In this document: in pieces, positions 21,746-32,187 of the stretch | Position numbering within the stretch: position 1 is the first letter of the stretch | How the letters are laid out: every line of letters starts with the position of its first letter | Source: Pseudomonadota bacterium | Lineage (GTDB): Bacteria; Desulfobacterota; Desulfobulbia; Desulfobulbales; Desulfocapsaceae | Direction of reading: 5' to 3' | Length of the DNA stretch: 64,000 nt | Assembly (NCBI GenBank): GCA_043798185.1 | Contig: JAZDOW010000027.1 | Span: forward strand, 26,586-90,585 | The notes under the pieces: model-generated | Told to the model about the DNA's origin: nothing | The model's input: the letters and a program-made list of their open reading frames with translations, nothing else | Database searches by the model: none | Program-made: the position numbers and the translations under genes

Positions 21746-23435
21746 CGATTTTTTCCTGAACGGCAGCTTTTTTCTTTTCATCTTCAAACATCTTTACGGC
21801 TTTTTTGTATTGTTCAAGGGCTTCGTTATATTTTCTGTCGGCACGATATGCATCGCCGAGATGATCATGGATATGTGGATCTTCCGATTCCAATTCCAGA
21901 GAGCGTTTGAGTTCCTTGATTGCTCTCTGGAAGTTGCCGAGGCGATAATATACCCAGCCAAGACTGTCAACGATATATCCGTTATTCGGTTCCAAGGCAA
22001 CTGCCTTTTCGATATATTCGAGAGCTTCCTTAAGGCGGATGTTTTTATCAGCCCAGGTGTAACCGATAAAATTCAGGGCCTCGGCGTGCTCCGGTTGTAG
22101 TTCCAAAACCTTAGTCATCTTGCTTATCGCCTGCTCTTCCATACCGTTTTTATCAAGCATCAGAGCATAATCAAAAAACAATTGAGGGTTGTCGGGATAG
22201 ATGGAAACCGCGGCCTCCAGCAGAGAAATTGCTGAGGGATCCTCTTTTTTCTCGTGGTAGAGTGAAGCGAGAAGGGCATAAAAAAGAGGTCTTCGAGTGG
22301 CTTTCTTGGTAATATGTTTTCTTAAGAGAGCAATGCCTTTCTCTAGGACTTTGGTTTCTTTGAAAATGCGAATTTGCAGGAAGACTGAATCCTCGAAATC
22401 GGCACTCTCTGGTAAAATAAGGTTGAGGTGAGCAATGGCTGCGGGATAATCCTCCTCTTTGAAAGCGAGGAGGGCGAGCATGTAACGGGGTTCGGAATCG
22501 GCCGTCTCCCCGGCTAATCGTTCCAGGATGTCTTTTGCTTTTTGCACCTCATTCTTGCGCAAAAGAACTTTGCTGATGATAAGCTCGATGTTTGCCGGGT
22601 TTTTGCTGAAGGTGGCGATATTTTTCAATTCTTCAAGAGCTTCATCATTCTTGCCCATATCGAGAAAAGCCTCTACTCGACTGAGACCGGCTCTTTCATC
22701 AAAAGGATCACTTTCGGCGATGGCGGTGTAAAGACGTAAAGCTTCGGCATGTTTTTTCAGGATGGAGAAATAATTACCAATTTCGTAGGCCAGTTCTTTT
22801 GACCAGTTGAGCTCAAGGGCCTTTTTATATTCTTTTATGGCTTCTTCGGATTTTTCCCGTTGTTTTAAAAGACGTGCCAGGGAGAGCCTACCAAAGTAGG
22901 AGGTACTGTTTTTAGAAAGCAGCTTCCGAAAAATATTTTCTGCTTTGTCGAATTCTTCCTGATGACTGTAGAGCAGTCCGAGGCGCAGGTGTACGCTCTC
23001 GTTGTCGGGATCTCGCTCAAGCACCTGGTAATACAATTTTATTGCCTCTGCCAATTTATCCTGTTGAATATACAGGCTGGCGAGGAAAATTCGGTTATTG
23101 TTTTCTTCCGGGTGGTCGATTAATGCTTGACGAAGCCAGGTCGCGGCTTTCTCATGTTCACCCATTTTCAAGAGGAGAATGGGGATCTTTTCTCTCAGAT
23201 AATTGACGTTCGGATCACAGATCAGAGCTTTTTCATAGGCCTCAAATGCCTCGGCATAGCGTCCGGTGAATTCAGCATGGGAGCCCCAAAGAAAATAGAA
23301 GTATGAACAGGAAAGATCTGCCTCTTGTTCGTCTTTGGTGGGTTCGGTCACAACTGTGACTACCTTGTGATAATAGGTGCAAGAGGCGAGAAGGAGGCAA
23401 CAGCAGATCATGGAAAGGAATGTCTTACCGTTCAT
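21723..23435 (-). CDS. Tetratricopeptide repeat lipoprotein
   Basis: LLASC lipobox, many TPR repeats, ALNFIGYTWAD and YIVDSLGWVYY C-terminal motifs. Confidence 0.88.
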   Translation of the reverse strand: MNGKTFLSMICCCLLLASCTYYHKVVTVVTEPTKDEQEADLSCSYFYFLWGSHAEFTGRYAEAFEAYEKALICDPNVNYLREKIPILLLKMGEHEKAATWLRQALIDHPEENNNRIFLASLYIQQDKLAEAIKLYYQVLERDPDNESVHLRLGLLYSHQEEFDKAENIFRKLLSKNSTSYFGRLSLARLLKQREKSEEAIKEYKKALELNWSKELAYEIGNYFSILKKHAEALRLYTAIAESDPFDERAGLSRVEAFLDMGKNDEALEELKNIATFSKNPANIELIISKVLLRKNEVQKAKDILERLAGETADSEPRYMLALLAFKEEDYPAAIAHLNLILPESADFEDSVFLQIRIFKETKVLEKGIALLRKHITKKATRRPLFYALLASLYHEKKEDPSAISLLEAAVSIYPDNPQLFFDYALMLDKNGMEEQAISKMTKVLELQPEHAEALNFIGYTWADKNIRLKEALEYIEKAVALEPNNGYIVDSLGWVYYRLGNFQRAIKELKRSLELESEDPHIHDHLGDAYRADRKYNEALEQYKKAVKMFEDEKKKAAVQEKIDALEKQQ

Positions 23436-23438
23436 ATT

Positions 23439-24071
23439 TCAGTCCAGTTCTGCAGCACATGAGGGTTGGAGGAGGTCTATTACATGGCCGACAATCATAC
23501 GGTGGATGTCTTCTCTAAGCCCAGATGCATCAATACGTCGAATATATGGCCGTTTGATGGCGGCAAAAATGGCCGCAACTTTTACTAGAAAATCGTGTTG
23601 TTCAAAATTGTTCGGTGTTTCGCCTCTGCCGACGGTAATTCGCTCATGGCCAATGTTAAGATTTGCATGGAGGAGGAGGACAAGGTGAGGTTCAGGGGCA
23701 AAATCATTAAGGGCAAGGATAGTTTCCGGATCAAGACCGAGAGCCCCCTGGTAAGCGGCTGTGGAAAAATAATATCGATCACAAAGGATGATCTTACCGG
23801 CAAGAAGACTTGGGTGAATGAGGTCTGTCACATGTTGTCGGCGGTCGGCGAGAAAGAGTTCGAGTTCTTCCTCGCGGCTGTATCTGTCTCTGTGTTTGTA
23901 AAGATCACGAATTTTTAAGCCATAGGGACCATTGGTCGGTTCCCTGGTAGTAACTACTGGATATCCTAAGTCGACTAGATAATAAGCGAGCATATCTCGT
24001 TGGGTGGTTTTGCCGGTTCCGTCTGTGCCTTCAAAGACGATCAGTTTACCACACTCTTTGTGGTTGTTCAT
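23439..24071 (-). CDS. tmk: Thymidylate kinase
   Basis: FEGTDGTGKTT, TREP, LFLADRRQH, CDRY..STAAYQG. Confidence 0.95.
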   Translation of the reverse strand: MNNHKECGKLIVFEGTDGTGKTTQRDMLAYYLVDLGYPVVTTREPTNGPYGLKIRDLYKHRDRYSREEELELFLADRRQHVTDLIHPSLLAGKIILCDRYYFSTAAYQGALGLDPETILALNDFAPEPHLVLLLHANLNIGHERITVGRGETPNNFEQHDFLVKVAAIFAAIKRPYIRRIDASGLREDIHRMIVGHVIDLLQPSCAAELD

Positions 24072-25084
24072 ATTCCTTGTCTTACCTTGTCGCGAAATAG
24101 TGCTCGGTTTGTGCTCATTGCGGCAGCGAGCTGAATAGCTTCTGCAAGGCTGCTATATTTTGCCAGACCTTTGCCGGCAATATCATAGGCCGTGCCATGA
24201 TCAACAGAGGTGCGAACGATCGGCAGACCGAGGGTGACATTTACCCCGTTATCAAAGTGCAGTAATTTGAATGGGATAAGCCCTTGATCGTGATACATGG
24301 ATACAACAGCGTCAAATTCGCCGGAAGCAGCCTTGTAATATACTGTATCCGGCGGAAAAGGCCCACTGACGTTTAAACCTCGTTGACGTCCAAGAGTAAT
24401 AGCCGGTGTGATAAAACGGTCCTCTTCATCGCCGAAGAGTCCCCCTTCGCCAGCGTGGGGATTAAGACCTGCGACAGCAAGGCGCGGTTGGACAATGCCG
24501 AAATCGACCATTAAAGCTGTGTGAGTGATCATAATTAGGCGATATATTTCCTCGATTGAAAGAGACGTTGCCACCTCTCGCAGAGGGCGGTGAATGGTGA
24601 CAAGGGTGACTTTCAGCTTGTTGCCGGCCATCATCATAGCGAAATTACTCGTTTGGGTCAGGCTGGCAAGCATCTCGGTATGACCTGGAAAGGAGTAGCC
24701 GGCATCATTCAGAGATGTTTTCGAAATAGGGCAGGTTGTCAGTCCCTGGAAAATTCCTTGTCGAGTCAACTCGGTTCCAATCTCGATATACTTTGCCATG
24801 GCAAGACCTGTTACAGCATTGGGGCACCCCCAGCTGAGAGTATCCGGGCTTAAGGACGAAACCTGAACCACAGGTATACTGTTTTTCGGCTGAGGAGTGG
24901 TGGGTTGCCAGGGGACGAAAGGGGCATCTATTCCAAGTTTTGAGGCCAATCGACAAAGAACGTTTAAGTCGCCAACTATGATCGGTTGGATATTTGTAGG
25001 AATGGCATCTTCAGTAAAATAGCGGAGCAAAATCTCCGGACCGATCCCAACTGGGCAACCCATGGTAATTCCAATTGTAATCAT
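24068..25084 (-). CDS. pdxA: 4-hydroxythreonine-4-phosphate dehydrogenase
   Basis: GIGPEI, FPGHTE, GLNPHAGE, MYHDQGLIP, RTSVDHGTA. Confidence 0.92.
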   Translation of the reverse strand: MITIGITMGCPVGIGPEILLRYFTEDAIPTNIQPIIVGDLNVLCRLASKLGIDAPFVPWQPTTPQPKNSIPVVQVSSLSPDTLSWGCPNAVTGLAMAKYIEIGTELTRQGIFQGLTTCPISKTSLNDAGYSFPGHTEMLASLTQTSNFAMMMAGNKLKVTLVTIHRPLREVATSLSIEEIYRLIMITHTALMVDFGIVQPRLAVAGLNPHAGEGGLFGDEEDRFITPAITLGRQRGLNVSGPFPPDTVYYKAASGEFDAVVSMYHDQGLIPFKLLHFDNGVNVTLGLPIVRTSVDHGTAYDIAGKGLAKYSSLAEAIQLAAAMSTNRALFRDKVRQGI

Positions 25085-25209
25085 AAAAAAGAGTATTCCT
25101 CGAAAAGAGCATTAGACAGCCATTTCATACTTTAGTTTCAAAATGATAATAACATGATCGCTTGATTAAGTGAAATGTCCTGAGTATTAAGAATGAATAA
25201 GCAGTCGTG

Positions 25210-25581
25210 CTAAATCTCGCAAAGGTCAAATGCGTTGGGAATGATTTCTACAAGGGGGCCTTGAACAGGGTCGATAACAATGGAAATCACATCAAACCTT
25301 GCATGGGAGTCAAAAAGATTGTGCTCAGCCAGATAATACTGGGCAGATTTACTGATTTGTCTTTGTTTATGGCGTGTTATGGAAGAAGCAGGATGGCCGT
25401 AGTCCTCCCCTGATCGAGTTTTAACTTCAATAAAAACCAGAACGCCATGTTTCTTGGCGATGATATCGATTTCCCCATGCCGACACCTATAGTTTCTTGT
25501 CAATATAGTGTGGCCATTTTTGCGGAGAGCTTCAACGGCGATATCTTCCCCTCTTCGTCCAAGATTCTGCCGATTATTCAA
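25210..25581 (-). CDS. yraN: YraN family protein (UPF0102)
   Basis: GEIDII, VFIEVKTR, RFDVI. Confidence 0.92.
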   Translation of the reverse strand: MNNRQNLGRRGEDIAVEALRKNGHTILTRNYRCRHGEIDIIAKKHGVLVFIEVKTRSGEDYGHPASSITRHKQRQISKSAQYYLAEHNLFDSHARFDVISIVIDPVQGPLVEIIPNAFDLCEI

Positions 25582-26215
25582 AATACTCTTTGACTCCCCT
25601 GAAGGTTCGGCGATGGGCCGGGCAAGGGCCGTGAACAGCTATCGCCAAGCGGTGCTCACGAGTGGGATAGCCCTTGTTTTTAGAGAAATGATAGGCAGGG
25701 TACTGGGTGTGAAGGTTGTCCATAAGCCTGTCCCTTGTAACCTTTGCAATAATGCTGGCGGCGGCGATGGAGGCGCTTTTCGATTCGCCTTTAATTAAAG
25801 CTTCCTGGGAAACAGCTAACGGAATGGGAAATTTGCCGTCAACAAGAATGAAATCAGAGGGAGGGCCAGGCATGTTTTCAACAGCCAGCTTCATTGCTAA
25901 AAGAGATGCTTGCAGGATGTTGATATGATCGATTTGTTGCTCGGAAACTATGCCAATGCCTATAGAAGCACCTAGTGTAAGAAGCAGTTTCTCAAGTTCC
26001 ACTCTTTTGGCATGACTTAAAACTTTTGAATCAAGAAAGACTGAATGCGTGCAATCTCTCGGCAAAACTACTGAAGCAGCGACAACCGGGCCGGCGAGGG
26101 GTCCTCTCCCAGCCTCATCACATCCGGTAACACGAACAAATCCCTTGGCATATAAACAGCTCTCAAGAAAGAAATTGTCAGTTACTTGACTGTAACCGGC
26201 AGAAAATCCCTGCAT
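25574..26215 (-). CDS. rnhB: Ribonuclease HII
   Basis: GCDEAGRGPLAGPVVAA, DSK, NILQAS, SIAAASIIAKVTRD, HRRTF. Confidence 0.96.
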   Translation of the reverse strand: MQGFSAGYSQVTDNFFLESCLYAKGFVRVTGCDEAGRGPLAGPVVAASVVLPRDCTHSVFLDSKVLSHAKRVELEKLLLTLGASIGIGIVSEQQIDHINILQASLLAMKLAVENMPGPPSDFILVDGKFPIPLAVSQEALIKGESKSASIAAASIIAKVTRDRLMDNLHTQYPAYHFSKNKGYPTREHRLAIAVHGPCPAHRRTFRGVKEYFE

Positions 26216-26308
26216 AGTCAGACCATAGACAAGCTACCAACATTCGGCCATCACTGACGACCGAAAATTGGCCTATATCAGTGATGGAATGGAGAACCGT
26301 AAGGCGAA

Positions 26309-26662
26309 CTATCGTGGCAAACCACGTTCACGGATACGTGCAGCTTTTCCAGTGAGATTGCGCAGATAGTAGAGTCTTGCTCGGCGAACTCGACCTTTCG
26401 TCAGAACCTCAATCTTTTCAATGCGGGGATTATGCATGGCAAAGGTTTTTTCGACGCCGACACCGTGGGAGATTTTTCGCACGGTATAACTTGCGTTCAT
26501 CGTGCCATGCTTGCGCTTGATTACCACGCCCTGAAAGACCTGAACACGCTCCTTGCTTCCCTCAATGATCCTGATATGCACCCTCAGGGTATCACCGGGG
26601 CGGAAGTCAGGGTGGTCCTGTCGCATTTGTTCCAAGTTTATTCTATCAATTATTGTGCTCAT
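26309..26662 (-). CDS. rplS: 50S ribosomal protein L19
   Basis: [29 protein letters not shown]. Confidence 0.98.
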   Translation of the reverse strand: MSTIIDRINLEQMRQDHPDFRPGDTLRVHIRIIEGSKERVQVFQGVVIKRKHGTMNASYTVRKISHGVGVEKTFAMHNPRIEKIEVLTKGRVRRARLYYLRNLTGKAARIRERGLPR

Positions 26663-26729
26663 AACGTTGTCTATTGGTTGAAGTATCTTTAGGATTAGAT
26701 CCAGTGGTTAAAATGTTTTAGCCGATGTC

Positions 26730-27299
26730 TCAAGATCCAAGTAGCCTGTCAATGATAATTGACGCGGCTGACCGAACCGAGAGATGATTATACTCTGTTC
26801 CACCCTTTATTGGGGGGAGTGTTGCATCCGAAAAATCTATAATTTCTGGGGCTAGCCCATGGGCCGTACCAAAAATAAGGAGGACCGGTACCCGACTATT
26901 TATCCTCTCCTTCATTTCTTCATACCCTATGGGCATATCCCGATGAAGCGCACTGGTTGTAACCAGAAGAGGATGCTGGCCATATTTTTCAGTCAATTCG
27001 GTTACTGCCACCTGCAGTGAAGCAACAAGTCGAACTATACTGAGGGCCTCTTTTCTCGCCGGGTTGTAAGTGGCTCCGTGGCCTGTTTCCCAGTGGGTCA
27101 GCAATTCTTTGACTAAGTTTTGCTGGTCTTCATATGGAGTTGCAATGAAATATTGAGCAACTCCATATGTTCTGGCGGTTCTGGCGATGTCGTGAATATC
27201 CAGATTAGTCACAGCCGAACCGATAACTTCTCCTCTCTTGTTCACCACAGGATGATGTATGAGGGCAACATTAAGTGTAGTTTCACCCTGATACGTCAT
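26730..27299 (-). CDS. SPOUT-family RNA methyltransferase (TrmD-associated)
   Basis: [29 protein letters not shown]; 4-bp overlap with trmD. Confidence 0.85.
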   Translation of the reverse strand: MTYQGETTLNVALIHHPVVNKRGEVIGSAVTNLDIHDIARTARTYGVAQYFIATPYEDQQNLVKELLTHWETGHGATYNPARKEALSIVRLVASLQVAVTELTEKYGQHPLLVTTSALHRDMPIGYEEMKERINSRVPVLLIFGTAHGLAPEIIDFSDATLPPIKGGTEYNHLSVRSAASIIIDRLLGS

Positions 27300-28066
27300 T
27301 TTACTGGGGACACAGTCTGACTCATTTGCACTTTTTCTAACAATTTATGCTGTCGAAGCAGTTTTATTTCCTTGGCACTGAAGGTCTCAAGTTTTAACAA
27401 TTCCGGTCGTCTTTCAAGTGTGCGGTTCACTGAAGCGATAAATCGATACGCTTCTATCATTTCATGGTTGCCGGAAAGCAATTCATCCGGAACAGTTTGC
27501 TCATCGAACACCCTGGGTCTGGTATATTGAGGATGTTTCAATAACCTTCTGCTGAAGGTGTCTTTCCCCGCCGAATCCATGCATCCCAAAACTCCCGGAA
27601 GCAATCTGGTAACCGAGTCGATAATTACCATAGCAGCAAGTTCCCCACCGGTGAGGATGAAATCACCAATGGAGATCTCGTCGTCAATATAGCCGGCCCT
27701 AAACCTTTCATCTACTCCTTCGTAACGACCACAAACAAGAACGAGGTGCGTTTCGCTTGCCAACTCCAAAGCGATTGCCTGGTCGTATTGTCGACCTTGC
27801 GGGGTAAGGAGAATGACCTTGGCTGCAGAGTCTATATCTTTGCATCTACTCTTTACAGCCCGCGCCAGAGGTTCCGGTTTCATCACCATACCCTCACCAC
27901 CCCCAAAGGGTCTGTCATCGGTCATCGCTTGGGGATCATTGGCAAAATCCCTAATATTGACAATGTTAACCTCTATTTGCTCCTTGATTTGGGCCCTCCG
28001 AAGAATTCCTTCATTAAGAGGAGATTCGAAGAGATCGGGGAAGATAGTTAAAATGTCAAAAATCAT
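27296..28066 (-). CDS. trmD: tRNA (guanine37-N1)-methyltransferase
   Basis: [41 protein letters not shown]. Confidence 0.97.
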   Translation of the reverse strand: MIFDILTIFPDLFESPLNEGILRRAQIKEQIEVNIVNIRDFANDPQAMTDDRPFGGGEGMVMKPEPLARAVKSRCKDIDSAAKVILLTPQGRQYDQAIALELASETHLVLVCGRYEGVDERFRAGYIDDEISIGDFILTGGELAAMVIIDSVTRLLPGVLGCMDSAGKDTFSRRLLKHPQYTRPRVFDEQTVPDELLSGNHEMIEAYRFIASVNRTLERRPELLKLETFSAKEIKLLRQHKLLEKVQMSQTVSPVK

Positions 28067-28085
28067 TTGGGGATACAGCTTATCT

Positions 28086-28637
28086 TCAATTACCTGAGTT
28101 GCAATTTATTTCAATCAAGCCCGGTGGAGGATTGACGATCAGCTCTCCGGCCGTTTCGCTAACAATAATACTTTTTGTCACTGGAATAAGGATTTCATCC
28201 TTTCCGGCTTTAATTACAAGAATATCCTGAGCACCGTTAGTGAAAAGATGATCTACCCGGCCAATGGTGTTTCCCTCGAGGTCAATAACCAATTTATCCT
28301 GATAATGATGCCAGTAAAATTCATTTTCGCCAGCTTCCGGTAAAAGATTTTTCGCCAGAAGGACACCACAACCTTCAACCTTTTCTGCTTCCGTGCGGTT
28401 GGTAATTGATTCCAAGCGAACAATCACGGTTTTACCATGAACCCGGTATTTTAAAACTGCAAGTGGAGAAGAGATTACGCCGTCACTGTTTACAAGATGC
28501 AACGCACTGTAATCGGAAAAATTCTCAGGTTGTCCCGAATAAAGAAAAACCTTGAACTCTCCCTGCAAGCCTTGGGCCTTGGTGATTTTTCCAAGGAGCA
28601 GGAACTCGTCAGTCGGAAAAACATAATCAAGGGTCAT
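28086..28637 (-). CDS. rimM: 16S rRNA processing protein RimM
   Basis: [23 protein letters not shown], operon position. Confidence 0.93.
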   Translation of the reverse strand: MTLDYVFPTDEFLLLGKITKAQGLQGEFKVFLYSGQPENFSDYSALHLVNSDGVISSPLAVLKYRVHGKTVIVRLESITNRTEAEKVEGCGVLLAKNLLPEAGENEFYWHHYQDKLVIDLEGNTIGRVDHLFTNGAQDILVIKAGKDEILIPVTKSIIVSETAGELIVNPPPGLIEINCNSGN

Positions 28638-28649
28638 GCCGACAATCGC

Positions 28650-28880
28650 TTATTCAATAATTTCAAGCCTGCAACGTTGATCAACCCTTGCCGCCGCGGC
28701 GGATAGGAGAGATCGTAAAGCTCTCGCAGTACGTCCTTGCTTGCCGATAACTTTACCAAGATCTTCGGGGGCAACCCCTAGTTCAATGGTAACAGTGTCG
28801 GAATCAGTCTTGCTCGCGACTTTTACCGCATCCGGCTGATCAACCAGAGACCTTGCGATAACAGCAATAAGTTCTTCCAT
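28650..28880 (-). CDS. khpA: KH-domain RNA-binding protein KhpA
   Basis: DLGKVIGKQGRTARALR; lies between rpsP and rimM. Confidence 0.93.
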   Translation of the reverse strand: MEELIAVIARSLVDQPDAVKVASKTDSDTVTIELGVAPEDLGKVIGKQGRTARALRSLLSAAAARVDQRCRLEIIE

Positions 28881-28883
28881 TAC

Positions 28884-29132
28884 TTATTCCACTGGTGTTG
28901 CGGCTTTCTTGATCAGACTCTTAACTGTTGTGGTCGGAAGGGCACCCTTGCCGAGCCAGTCTTGAAGCTTGGTGTTGTCAAGAGTGATTGCCGCCGGATC
29001 CTTGCATGGATCGTATGTTCCAACTACATCAAGGAATTTGCCGTCACGCTTATTTTCGCTGTTGGCAACAATGATACGATAAAATGGTTTTTTCTTTCTG
29101 CCGAGTCGGGTCAATCGAATACGTACTGCCAT
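28884..29132 (-). CDS. rpsP: 30S ribosomal protein S16
   Basis: MAVRIRLTRLGRKKKPFYRIIVA. Confidence 0.98.
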   Translation of the reverse strand: MAVRIRLTRLGRKKKPFYRIIVANSENKRDGKFLDVVGTYDPCKDPAAITLDNTKLQDWLGKGALPTTTVKSLIKKAATPVE

Positions 29133-29204
29133 TCCGGTAAGTCCTCCGGTTAATTGGTATGGGTTTATGCTAACGGTGCTTTTCGCCGTTTCCGGGTCAA
29201 GACC

Positions 29205-30560
29205 TTATCTTTTTTTCATGCCTTTCGGCAGTTTCCTTCTTTTAATCCCGGAGATAGCTCCGGGTTTTCCGCTAATTTTCTTCATCATCTTCAACATTTC
29301 TGAGTAGCTTTTCAGCACTCTGTTGACATCACCAATAGCCGTGCCGGAACCTGCGGCGATGCGCATTCTCCTGCTGGTATTGATGATTTGATGATTTTTT
29401 CTTTCCTGACTGGTCATCGAACGGATGATGGCTTCAGTCTTAATCAATTCTTTTTCGTCCGGCTTGGGAACATCTTTCAGTTGTCGTAATTTATTAATGC
29501 CGGGAACCATATCAAGGATTTTCTCAAGGGAACCCATTTTTTTGATCTGCTGGATCTGGTCAAGAAAATCTTCGAGGGTGAATTGGTTCTTTCGGAGCTT
29601 TTTAGCTATTTTATCGGCTTCTTCTTTATCTACTACCGCCTCTGCTTTTTCGATTAGTGAGAGGATATCACCCATTCCGAGGATACGGGAGGCAACTCGT
29701 TCGGGATGAAAGATTTCAAGATCGTCGAGTCCTTCACCGACACCGACAAATTTGATAGGTTTGCCGGTAATAGATTTAATAGAAAGAGCAGCACCACCCC
29801 GGGCATCACCCTCCATTTTTGTTAGAATTATTCCGGTGAATTCAAGATCAGAGTTGAATTTGTCGGCAACAGTCACCGCATCCTGGCCCGTCATGGCGTC
29901 GGCTACGAAGAGAATCTCGGAGATTGGAATTGCCGAACGAATTTCTTTCAACTCATTCATCAGGGCATCATCGACATGCAAACGACCCGCAGTGTCGATG
30001 ATGAGTGTGTCGTAATTATGAAGAGTTGTTTCGTTTAGTGCTTGCCTGCAAATATCGACGGGTTTTGTGTCGGAAGTCGATGGATGGACCGGGACATCGA
30101 GGCGAGAGCCAAGAACCTGCAACTGCTCAATTGCCGCTGGACGATAAATATCTGCAGGAACCAGGTAAGGCCTTCGCCCTTTGCCATGGAGAAGTTTGGC
30201 GAGTTTGCCGGCAGTGGTTGTTTTTCCAGATCCTTGCAGCCCGGTCATCATTATGATAACAGGCTGTCGGCCGTCGAGTTTAATTTGTTGCGTTGTGCCA
30301 CCAAGAAGTTCAACGAGTTCTTCGTGCACTATTTTGATGATCTGCTGACCGGGAGAGAGACTTTTTGAGACTTCCCGACCGATGGCTTTCCCAGTTACGT
30401 TGGCGACAAAATCCTTGGCGACTTTGAAGTTAACGTCAGCCTCAAGAAGAGCACCGCGCACCTCGTGCAGGGCTTCACTGATATTTTCTTCAGTAAGTTT
30501 GCCATGGCCGCGGAGCTTTTTAAAAACGCCCTCTAGCCTGTCGGATAAATTCTCAAACAT
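29205..30560 (-). CDS. ffh: Signal recognition particle protein
   Basis: GLQGSGKTT, DTAGR, DAMTGQDA, TKMEGDARGG, Met-rich M domain. Confidence 0.98.
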   Translation of the reverse strand: MFENLSDRLEGVFKKLRGHGKLTEENISEALHEVRGALLEADVNFKVAKDFVANVTGKAIGREVSKSLSPGQQIIKIVHEELVELLGGTTQQIKLDGRQPVIIMMTGLQGSGKTTTAGKLAKLLHGKGRRPYLVPADIYRPAAIEQLQVLGSRLDVPVHPSTSDTKPVDICRQALNETTLHNYDTLIIDTAGRLHVDDALMNELKEIRSAIPISEILFVADAMTGQDAVTVADKFNSDLEFTGIILTKMEGDARGGAALSIKSITGKPIKFVGVGEGLDDLEIFHPERVASRILGMGDILSLIEKAEAVVDKEEADKIAKKLRKNQFTLEDFLDQIQQIKKMGSLEKILDMVPGINKLRQLKDVPKPDEKELIKTEAIIRSMTSQERKNHQIINTSRRMRIAAGSGTAIGDVNRVLKSYSEMLKMMKKISGKPGAISGIKRRKLPKGMKKR

Positions 30561-30773
30561 AGTGTTATAGCGTAATTCAGAGTCATCCCAAGCGGAAAAG
30601 CCCGGAAAATATCAGTAGTTAAATCAATTAAATATAAACAGTTCATCGGTCGGATAGACGTAATAAGTGCGATGAAAAGAAATACAAAAGAGAAGAAAAA
30701 TACTGTGTATTGATGTGGATGTCAAGCAGTGAAAGGATTGACACCATAAAATTAGCTCATTTATTCCAGAATT

Positions 30774-31088
30774 TCATGACAAAGGGTCAGGCTTTTCTTG
30801 TACCAGGCGAGGCTTAAATCCGTGTCGAAGAAGGTAATAAATGATTGATGGCCATATTATAAGGACCATGCCTAGCCATATAAACTTTATATTTTGATTA
30901 GTGAACCGCCTGAGAAAAATGTCTCTGAGGACAATAGACATAAGTCCTATGTTTACCGTCAAACCTATGAAGGTGGCAGGAAGGAGGTAGCTTAAAGTGC
31001 GAAGTTCGGGACAGAAAATAATGCCGGAAACGAGACTGAATTCAAAGAATATGGCAAACAGCGAACAGGATTTTTCTATATTATTCAT
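30774..31088 (-). CDS. Small membrane protein (PLDc_N-like C-terminal half)
   Basis: Three hydrophobic segments; DIFLRRF..KFIWL..IIYYLL pattern. Confidence 0.5.
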   Translation of the reverse strand: MNNIEKSCSLFAIFFEFSLVSGIIFCPELRTLSYLLPATFIGLTVNIGLMSIVLRDIFLRRFTNQNIKFIWLGMVLIIWPSIIYYLLRHGFKPRLVQEKPDPLS

Positions 31089-32187
31089 TATTTTCCCGAT
31101 AGGGTAGAGGACAGTTGTTCGAAATTTGCAGAGAGAATCTCCCAGGGGTAAAAGCAGTTGAAAATTTAAAAGTCAGTCTCATGTGCGGCTGTTACTTAAA
31201 GACTCCCGACGTTGGTTGTGGACTGATGTTCAGTGTGGGATAGTATTATCAAAGTTTACTCTAACGTAAGCGATTTGCTCTAGTAGGTCAATCGCTCTAG
31301 TCGGGAGATGTGAGTTTTGTCCTACATTACAGATTCCAACAGAGAGATCCGGGTAATCTACTGGAAGCATTATTTTCTCATCACTTATCTTGTTGCAGGC
31401 TGCGAGTTGTAACATGTTCTTTGGTAAGTTGTTCAAGAAGGACGATATAGCGACTCTTGCAAAACTAACTGGCGGAATAATTAGAGCCTTATCTGTTTTG
31501 AATTTTTGGCTGGTATCGACGGGTTTTTCAAGAATGGTTTTATTGTATACCAAAAAAAATTTGTCCAAGTGTAAAATATTGCCAGATAGATTTTAGGATT
31601 TTGGGAATCTGGTTTGGTGAAAATAAAATTATTTGTCAGTCCGCGAAGTTGACTGATGTAACAGCTTAATAGAGCGTTGAGTTTGCGCGCATTGCATGTA
31701 ATCTCTGCTTTCAAAGATGGTAGGGAAGTGTTTTTTTCAATAGGAATCCCATGTTGTCTGATGTTTACTCGGTTAGGACCGGGTGTGGAGGAATCTTGGT
31801 CCTTAACTGATAACTGACAGTGATTGCGATAAAATTAGGCGCTCCGAAAAAATGAATGACGAATGTCAGAGGGGGTTCATTTTTATCTTGAGAATTATAT
31901 TTTAATAGGATAAATAAAATTGATATACAGTCTATCCAGTTTCCAAATAGAATCTGTAATTACAAGAAAGAATGTGAAGTAGAAGCAAAAAACTTACCCC
32001 GCCCATAAATTCTAACCCAAAAAAGGAGGTGGTGCAGAAGCAAGAGTGAACAATGAATGGCAATCCTTGATGATCCTTTAAGTTACCCATTGCAAAACTG
32101 AATAGAATCACAGTTCATGTTGTGGGCAGGCGTAAGGATGGGTAGCTAATAATGTCATTAAATCACTATTCTAAGAAGGAGAAGCAG

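Noticed and set aside
30561-30773. Possible SRP RNA (ffs) next to ffh
   Set aside because: No GGAA-tetraloop domain IV stem consensus found
31409-31420. GTAACATGTTCT, and similarly GTAACGTTAT near 62516, resembling the TetR operator
   Set aside because: Wrong spacer length plus mismatches; not counted as sites
31230-31714. Short ORFs (112, 68 and 77 aa) upstream of the MFS gene
   Set aside because: No SD, no motifs, mutually overlapping in AT-rich DNA; treated as non-coding
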